64,000 bases of DNA, taken from contig OX597821.1 of the NCBI GenBank assembly GCA_951406725.2, forward strand, positions 83,204,001 to 83,268,000, written 5' to 3'. Position 1 is the stretch's first letter; every line of letters starts with the position of its first letter. The stretch is from Octopus vulgaris. Taxonomy: Eukaryota. This document shows positions 55,871 through 64,000 of this stretch, one piece after another. Under the pieces are notes generated by a model, which searched no databases, was not told the origin of the DNA, and worked only from the letters and a program-made list of their open reading frames with translations. The position numbers were made by a program, and so were the translations under genes.

Positions 55871-57314
55871 TTCGCTAACGCGTGTGTATCACCTGCTGCT
55901 TGTGTGTGTAAATGTGATACGTCACACATTTCAAGCGAGTGCTTTATACATATTACATTAGCTGTTAAAAAATATACAAAATAAATAAATAAATAAAAAA
56001 AGACGCACACACACACACACACACACACACATGCACACACACATGCACACACGCAGCTGTTAATAAACATTATATATACAAAAAAGTATATTACACGTAG
56101 TTCTAGAAATCGCGGTCGTTTTCCACGTATATATACACATACGTGCAAATTCACAGATTTTTTTTAAAGTAAACATGCACACACATGTATTCAACTGGTG
56201 CAATTCACATATACGTAAGCACATCAACTTGCATATACATACACAAAATTTAAACACAATGAATTCATACACAAACACATAAACACATAAACGCACACAC
56301 ACACACACACGCATTAATACATAGACTCTCAGAAACATTACCCACTTAGACACACGCAAGCGTGGGTTGGATAGACTTGGCTGTTTCTTTGTTTTTATGA
56401 AACATTGTTGCATAAATGAAATGAAAGTTTTTTTTCCTTGAAATATTTCTAAGTGTGTGTGTGTATAAGGTTTCTGTGCATTGTACACAGTGTGTACAAT
56501 GCACAGAAACTGAATATAATTTTTTTAAAACTACATTATCTTGCTTTCTGTATATTTCCCGAATTATTGCTTTATTTGCATTCAATTAAAATAAACTGAA
56601 TTGAAATATTTACTAAGTCTGCAAACGTTTCTTTTCATGAATACCCACATTGATAATATATTTTCATTATACGCTTTTTCTTTCTGATACTAAGTGAGCG
56701 TGTGTGCAGATGTATATGTCAATTAGTGTGCGTGTGTGTGCGTTAGTAGAATTGTTCAATAAAACTGTTAAAGTGCACACACGCACACGTGTTTGCTTAT
56801 ATGAGATCGTTAACTTGAAGTTATGTTACATAAAACACACTTAGCATGTTACACACACACACACTTCTACATACGACAAACAGAAACTGTCCGGTTCAGG
56901 AAAAAACCGGCCGATTACGGTTAAACCTTGTTATCTCTATTGCTGTCAAATCTTCCGTTGAACAAGTTATTAAACCAAAATCTTGGTAAAATACTTAAGG
57001 AGATGAGGTTCTTTCGTCTTGGTTGAGAATTTTCTTAGAAGAATTACTGCTTTTATTAACAATTCTTTGCCGATCATCATTAATTTCCTTGTATTCTGCT
57101 TTTTATTTTTCATATCTAAACAACCAGCTAAGACGGCTAGTTTTGTGATTCTCGATTCTTCTGACAGACATAAGGCATCACACATTTCTTGCCTTTGTAT
57201 TTAAGGATCGGGTTCAGTTGTGGTGTTCATCCTTTTCCCATTCTCAGTAGCAGTGAAATGGTTACAACTAGGCATGACTTACGAGAGGGATGCGGCAGAA
57301 GTTACAACGAATAC

Positions 57315-57406
57315 GGGAATTTCCTGGGATTTCCCGGAAATTATTTGTATGTATTGAAGACTAGCATTTTATATTAAAGGGAAGGGGATTTCTAATGGGA
57401 ATTCTG
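57315..57406. promoter_or_regulatory. NF-kB/STAT site cluster ~1.5 kb upstream of GADD45
   Basis: GGGAATTTCC 57315-57324, GGGATTTCCC 57326-57335 overlapping TTCCCGGAA 57331-57339, and weaker GGGGATTTCT 57384-57393 and GGGAATTCTG 57397-57406. Confidence 0.6.
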
Positions 57407-57746
57407 TAGCCCCTAATGACTGAATTTTCAGAGGCTCTGAAGCCAGGGTCACCTTTACAGTACTATAGGCCCCTGCGCAAACCAATGTCATGAGACTCCT
57501 ATAAACACAACTACGGTGCACATAGATTTGCTTTGCCCTGTGTACCCATGACTTAAGACAAAACTGCCTGCAGCTGGGAATCGAAACCAGATTTGTGAAC
57601 TTGGGTCACTAGGAACATACCGCCAATATACTATAATTTATAAAGCTAGTGATATTTATGTAAACAACAGCCCCACAACTTCTCGCTGCACCACAAGTCC
57701 TTTTTTCCTTTTTATGTTTGTTTTACACACATATTTAAGTTACATA

Positions 57747-58180
57747 TAGTTTAACTCCCGGTCACCCAAAAAACACAAAAAAAACACTCTAGTTAATAGA
57801 TGTAAAAAAATGTGTAGAGAACGACTATGAAAACAAAAAATTGCACTAGCGAACGGGGTTTGAGGAGAGGACTTTCGGGAAGTTCACAAGGTCCGATTTT
57901 CCGAAATCCTCTCCCCATCCCTTCGGAAAACATTTTCCCCGCAAATTTCTTTATAGTCATAATCTATGCCATTGGTGCGGTATTTCCATAAAATTTCATT
58001 AGTATACATCCATTTTCCTGAAAGTTATGAAGGAAAAATTGGAGCTTGGGAATTTTCCGAAAGCCCTCTCCTCACCCGCATTCGTTTGCGCAAATATTTG
58101 TTTTCATATTCGTCCTCTGCACATTTTTTCTTTTACATCAATTAAACTAGTGGGGGGGGTTGTGACCAGGAGTTAAACTA
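57747..58180. mobile_element. Foldback MITE with ~150-bp imperfect TIRs in TA context
   Basis: TAGTTTAACTCCCGGTCAC... versus ...GTGACCAGGAGTTAAACTA. Inverted similarity continues through ATGAAAACAAA and TGAGGAGAGG. Confidence 0.75.
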
Positions 58181-58596
58181 TATATTAACCTATATTTATT
58201 GGTTTTATGATGTTTGTTTGCAATACTGGCTCCCCCCTTCACGTGATATTGTTTTGCTTTTGATTCATCAAATAACCCCTGTCCTTTGTTTAAAAACTAG
58301 CAGAGAGCCCTCGCCTAATTCTCTAAATCGTTTATGTATGTATGTATGTACGAATGTATGCATGTGTATGTGTGCGTGTGTGCATGTGTATGTGTGTGTG
58401 TGCATGCGTGTGCATTGCACGCTGAATACTCCACAAATCGTTTATTTTACGGTCTTGTCTCCGTTATTTCTATTCTAAAACATACACACACACGTTTGTT
58501 TGTGTGCGTGTGTGCAGAAATATAAACACTACACATACATTTACACGTATATTTGTGCACGTATACGTATGTGCAAACATACCTATACATGCACTG

Positions 58597-58638
<42 letters not shown>

Positions 58639-58881
58639 AGATTTGCGACGGAAAAAAATACTTTAAACAATTATTAAAAAGTTTAATCACTAAAATCATA
58701 ATACAGTGTTTATCAGATATATCATAAGAGATTTCAGTTTAAAAACTTTACGAAACATTAGAATTTTCCTTGAAAGTTATGGAAATACCGTAAAACCAAA
58801 CAAGCTATCCACGTGTTTGCACACACGCAAAAAAACACACACACATACAGACTCTTTTACTCTTTCTCTCTCTTTCTCCCC

Positions 58882-58920
<39 letters not shown>

Positions 58921-60256
58921 TTCTTTATCTCTCTATCTCTCACACACATTCTCTTTCTCTGTCTTTCCCGCATACAGATACTGAAAAACATCCATAGGTA
59001 AACAATGATAAAATGTGTGTGTGTGTGTGTGTGTGTGTGTGAGTGTATTATTGCATAACCTCTTCGAAGCTATTTTGCGTTTGTATAAATAACATTAGAA
59101 AAACTCGTGTGAACTGTGTTCGGACACGTTTGCGTGTGTGCAATGTTTATTTACTGCACCTATTATCCTATGTATGTGTTGTAACTAAGTCTTCGACTTT
59201 GCCTTTCATCCTTTCGGGGTCGATAAATTAAGTACCAGTTACGCACTGGGTCGATGTAATCGACTTAATCCGTTTGTCTGTCCTTGTTTGTCCCCTCTGT
59301 GTTTATCCCCTTGTGGGTAGTAAAGAAATATATATATAATGCTTATTAATATGTATGTATATTAATGTGTGTGTGTGTCTACCTGCGTATATGTGTATGC
59401 ATGTGTGTGTGCGTGTGTGTTTATAATATACACATACTATGAGCGTTTCGCTGGTTATGTCTGTTGTGATGTTTGTATGAGGACAACTACGTACAACACA
59501 CCTGTATGTGTTTAAACAGGTATATATTTGCATGCACATCTAAATACGAGTAAGAGGGTATACATATACGAGTATGTGTAGGATCATGCATATGACTACA
59601 TCATTGCTTGTATGAGTAAAGTGTGTGTGTGCGTACATCACGGAACTGAAGAAGACGATTATATAATCGAGAGAGAGAGAGAAGAGCGAAATAATATTTG
59701 CTCTTGAGAGCCAGCAGGAGAACCTGTATGTGGTCACCCGCTTGCTGGAAATAGCAGTCAAATCTCAAAGACTTCCCTGCCGAGCACGCAATACAGGTCG
59801 GGTCCCAGGAATTTTTCGAAGAGAGGGCACAAGGTGAGAAGGGAATACAATTTCAGGAGAAAGGGGTGTAATAATATTATTTAGAACTGTGCACTTCTTT
59901 GCTTGAGGGAAGGACGTGTCCCTCAGCCAAACCCCCCCCACACACACACACACACCTTGGGTTCGCTCCTGGTTGGTTTGGGTCAAAACTAACTTGGGGC
60001 TATACAGCAGCAGCAGTAGCAGTAGCAATACCACCACCACCACAAACAACAACAACAACAACAACAACAATCTGTGATCTTGCGCTTGTCTGAATAAGAA
60101 AACAAGTTTCAATGCTTTACGTAAAGTGTACATCTTATGTGGTACATCTTATGTGGTACCTATCTGCAAGCCTTACACGCTTATGTACTGAGTTTAATGA
60201 CCTTAATAGCATCACAGATCTGTGGCACTGAGGATACAAATTCGCAAATGAATTAT

Positions 60257-60258
60257 GA

Positions 60259-60309
<51 letters not shown>

Positions 60310-60327
60310 GTGGTGGTGGTGATGGTG

Positions 60328-60385
<58 letters not shown>

Positions 60386-60418
60386 GTGGTGGTGGTGGTG
60401 GTGGTGGTGGTGGTGGTG

Positions 60419-60454
<36 letters not shown>

Positions 60455-60510
60455 GTAATAAGTAGTGGTGGTAGTAGTAGTAGTAATAGTACTAGTAGTA
60501 GTAGTAGTTA
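60257..60510. repeat. Alternating (TAG)n/(TGG)n microsatellite
   Basis: Direct reading. Confidence 0.95.
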
Positions 60511-60626
60511 TAATGATAATACAGCTAGATGGGATACTGAAACGCGTGAAATATACGTTTCGGACAGTTGTGCTTTTTCATACACACACACGTATCTATA
60601 GCTATATAAGTATATATGTATGTATG

Positions 60627-60689
<63 letters not shown>

Positions 60690-61078
60690 AAACAGAGAGA
60701 GGGGTGATTTGATTTGAAACATTTGGAAAACCTTTTAAACCGGCATTTAAACGCGCACACGCACACACAGAGTTAAATTCATTTCTCATATATTTCTTAA
60801 GGGTATCAAGATTTTAATTATTGCACTGGCTGTGGCCTGCCCGGTCGCTGACACAGTTTCGCTGCAGCAGCTCTTTGTCAGCGATTGCTTTATGTCAATA
60901 ACTGATATATATATATATATATATAAGTAGGTGAATGAATTATCTTAGCATGGAAAGTTCGTTTAACCGATACCTGGGTAGCAAATTCACGTCAGAAAAC
61001 ACGGTTGAAGCGACCTGTCAAGGGTAGAAACTCCGGGTTCTTGTGTGGAAATTTGTGTGTTTTTTATATAGATAAATA

Positions 61079-61130
<52 letters not shown>

Positions 61131-61509
61131 CATGCGCACTCACACACACACAAACACATACATACATACACACACACACACGCACATGTATGCATGTATG
61201 TAAATAGAACGCTGGATTTTTTATTTCTCACGGCAAACCAACTCATTCGAATTATTTCCATCTATAAACGTTTTTATGGATTAAATTTTGCCGACACAGA
61301 ACCGCAACCTGCTTCCTTGGATTCCGGATCTTAATATGATAATGTCCTTAGAAAGGAATGTATCGAGTTTCCTCCGCTTATCTCCACCCTCTTTTTCTCT
61401 TCCTTTGAAATCACTGTACATAACACTTCTCGTTATATTAGTATTACTTAGTTTATACTTATTGTATTGTAGGTTCTCTCAACAGATGGCTGATTACAAC
61501 TGTCATGTC

Positions 61510-61542
<33 letters not shown>

Positions 61543-62144
61543 CATACATACACACACGCACACACACACACTCACACGCACACACCACTCACAAAGAAAG
61601 AGAGAGGATCTCTTCAAGCATTCACACTATCTCTCTGAAAAACATGATTTCTCAGGCATACTATACTCTTTGACACCTCATACACACATACCACACATAC
61701 ACTCACACATTCACCGTGACACTCAACACACGACAAACGCTATCACACCCAGGTTCTATGAGAACATTATTACCTCTGCATTCTCTCTCTCTCTCTCTCT
61801 CTCCTTTTTACTTCCTCATTGACAATCAAAACAAACTTTGGAATGTTAATAAAATGTGTAAAATGAAGAATTGAAGTTTGGCCGTTTGTTGGTTACGTGT
61901 CGTGTCGAGAGGTGAAGTTAGAAAGTTGAGGAGAAAGCACTCTTCACCTTCACTTCTTCAGAGAAGTAAACTCGACAATTCGCATCTTTTCATAGAATGC
62001 GCATAACCTGAAAGCTACGACGAAGCCCCCAATTTCAACTTTGAACACCACCACCCCCGCCGATGAAGTCTCTAAAATACCATAACAATTTAATACAAAT
62101 TTGCATACCAATAAATTTTTAGAATTAAGTATCTTTAATTTTCT

Positions 62145-62250
62145 CTGGGCCGATGCTCTCCTTGCTTCCGGTTCTTAGGGGCTTGCAATGCTTCCCTGGC
62201 CCGATGCTCTCCTTGCTTTCGGTTCTTAGGGGCTTGCATTGCTTCCCTGG
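62145..62250. repeat. Direct tandem duplication of ~51 bp
   Basis: CCGATGCTCTCCTTGCTT(C/T)CGGTTCTTAGGGGCTTGCA(A/T)TGCTTCCCTGG occurs twice. Confidence 0.9.
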
Positions 62251-62911
62251 TTTAGAAAAAGGTTTCCAAACCCTGCTGCTGTGTGCTCGCCCAACATGCT
62301 AAAAGCAGCTGCTCTGTCTCACTGAAATCGGACTCCCACCGACTTACAAAAGAAAAACGTGGTCCAGAGTTCTCTGCACATAGGGGAAAGCTGGTATGGT
62401 CACGGTTGGAATGGCTTTGATCACAGGTCTGCTAGTATTATCCCCACCATTTCACTACCCACCTCCACTTACCGCAGCAACGACGACGATAACACCATTA
62501 AGTTATGTTTATTAGCGTTATATTTCTTTTTGTTTGGGCAATTAATCTAGTTTTCTTTGAATGAGAGAAAAATGAAAACTCATTAACAATCAATAATAAT
62601 TTACGCTCATATACATATTTAATAAGCGGCATTCATACACACACACACACATGCTGATACAAAAAAAACAAGCTTACTCAATAAAACACAATCTTTGTAC
62701 ATGCTTACACAATCCTACATGGACACATGTTTTAACATATGTCCAACGCATGCATACATATTAACACAAAGGCGTACACATACATGCAAACACACGCTCG
62801 TATCTTCAGTGAAATACGCTTGCTTACGAAACACTTAGACACACACACTTAAGAATTACATACATACGTGTGTCTTTTACTCGTTTAATTCATTAGACTG
62901 TAGTCATGCCA

Positions 62912-63333
62912 GAGTGGACGCCCAGTGGCTAGGGCAGCGGACACGCGGTCATAGGATCGCGGTTTCGATTCCCAGACCGAGCATTGGGAGTGTTTATTGA
63001 GCGAAAACACCTAAAAGCTCCACAAGGGTGGTGAACCCTGCTGTACTCTTTCACCACAACTTTCTCTCACTCTTTCTTCCTGTTTCTGTTGTACGTATAT
63101 TTCAAAGGCCCAACCTTGTCACGCTGAATCCCCCCGAGAACTACGTTAAGGGTACACGTGCCAAGCTGTATCGGCCTTTGCCTTTCCCTTGGATAACATC
63201 GGTGGCATGGAGAGGGGAGGCTGGTAGGCATGGGCGACTGCTGGTCTTCCATGAACAACCTTGCCAGGACTTGTGCCTGGGAGGGTAACTTTCTATGTGC
63301 AAGTCCATGGCCCTTCATGACCGAAGGGGGTCA
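62912..63333 (+). mobile_element. tRNA-derived SINE family C, longer copy
   Basis: Same head as 21183. Its tail matches 45135-45200 in reverse orientation. Confidence 0.75.
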
Positions 63334-63374
63334 CAACAAGTCATGCCGGGATACCGCCTTGAAAGGGTTAGTCT

Positions 63375-63629
63375 AATGATTCTCAACCGGGGTACATACA
63401 ACCCTTGGGGATACATACAGGATTTTGTTAAAGCTTTACGTGCAATAAATTTGTATACTTCTACAAGAAATAGGACATTAGAACTGGGAGGGGGTTGTAT
63501 AGTTCTTAATATATAATTATAAAATACAATATTTAAACATCGAATGACTATGAAGGCCCCAGTAGATAAAATGAGAATCAAAGGGGTCCATAGGTAAAAA
63601 AAAAAAAAACGGTTGAAAATTAATCACTG
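63375..63629. mobile_element. Degenerate hAT-type MITE
   Basis: Ends resemble CAGTGATTCTCAACCG: ATGATTCTCAACCGG ... CGGTTGAAAATTAATCACTG. Confidence 0.5.
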
Positions 63630-63818
63630 ATTAGTCGTGCAAATCGATCCAAATGCTTCCTGGTACTTAATTTATACTGAGGGGCTTTAGCTAACCCACT
63701 AAGTTATTGGACACAAACAAACCAACACTGCTCTATATATGAATATATATATACAAGGTTATTTCAAATATATTTGGGGCATACGCACATCTATACATTT
63801 ACATATATAAATACATAA

Positions 63819-63864
<46 letters not shown>

Positions 63865-64000
63865 ATAATAATAAGGGTAAAATTAATTAATTAGTAATTA
63901 ATAATTTTAACAAGCAGTGTTCAGTATGTAAAAGGACCATTTACGGTATATTTAAAACATTACTTTATATAATTAGGGTTCAGCAAAAAAATTTACTTTA

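Noticed and set aside
54480-56800. Multiple metal-response elements (TGCRCNC) around the promoter
   Set aside because: They arise trivially from (CA)/(TG)-rich sequence found throughout the window.

Overview
Eukaryotic, AT-rich, extremely microsatellite- and SINE-rich DNA; the repeat families look like an octopus (coleoid cephalopod) genome, which is an inference from repeat recognition. Almost all ORFs in the supplied track are simple-repeat artefacts. I find one intact protein-coding gene: a GADD45-family gene on the minus strand (4 coding exons, 55642->52302, 161 aa). It has a TATA/CCAAT promoter, a probable extra intron in the 3' UTR, and two overlapping NF-kB/STAT composite sites. The rest is transposon debris: three tRNA-type SINE families, a full-length but dead DD37D Tc1/mariner, LINE fragments, a decayed Helitron RepHel fragment, and several MITE/foldback elements. 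One Merlin-like MITE carries a (CCCTAA)n telomeric array. There are also Penelope-like fragments with minimal hammerhead-ribozyme motifs, a 5S rRNA pseudogene and a near-perfect 1.1-kb tandem triplication. No prokaryotic systems or CRISPR arrays are present. All calls were made by eye, without database searches.
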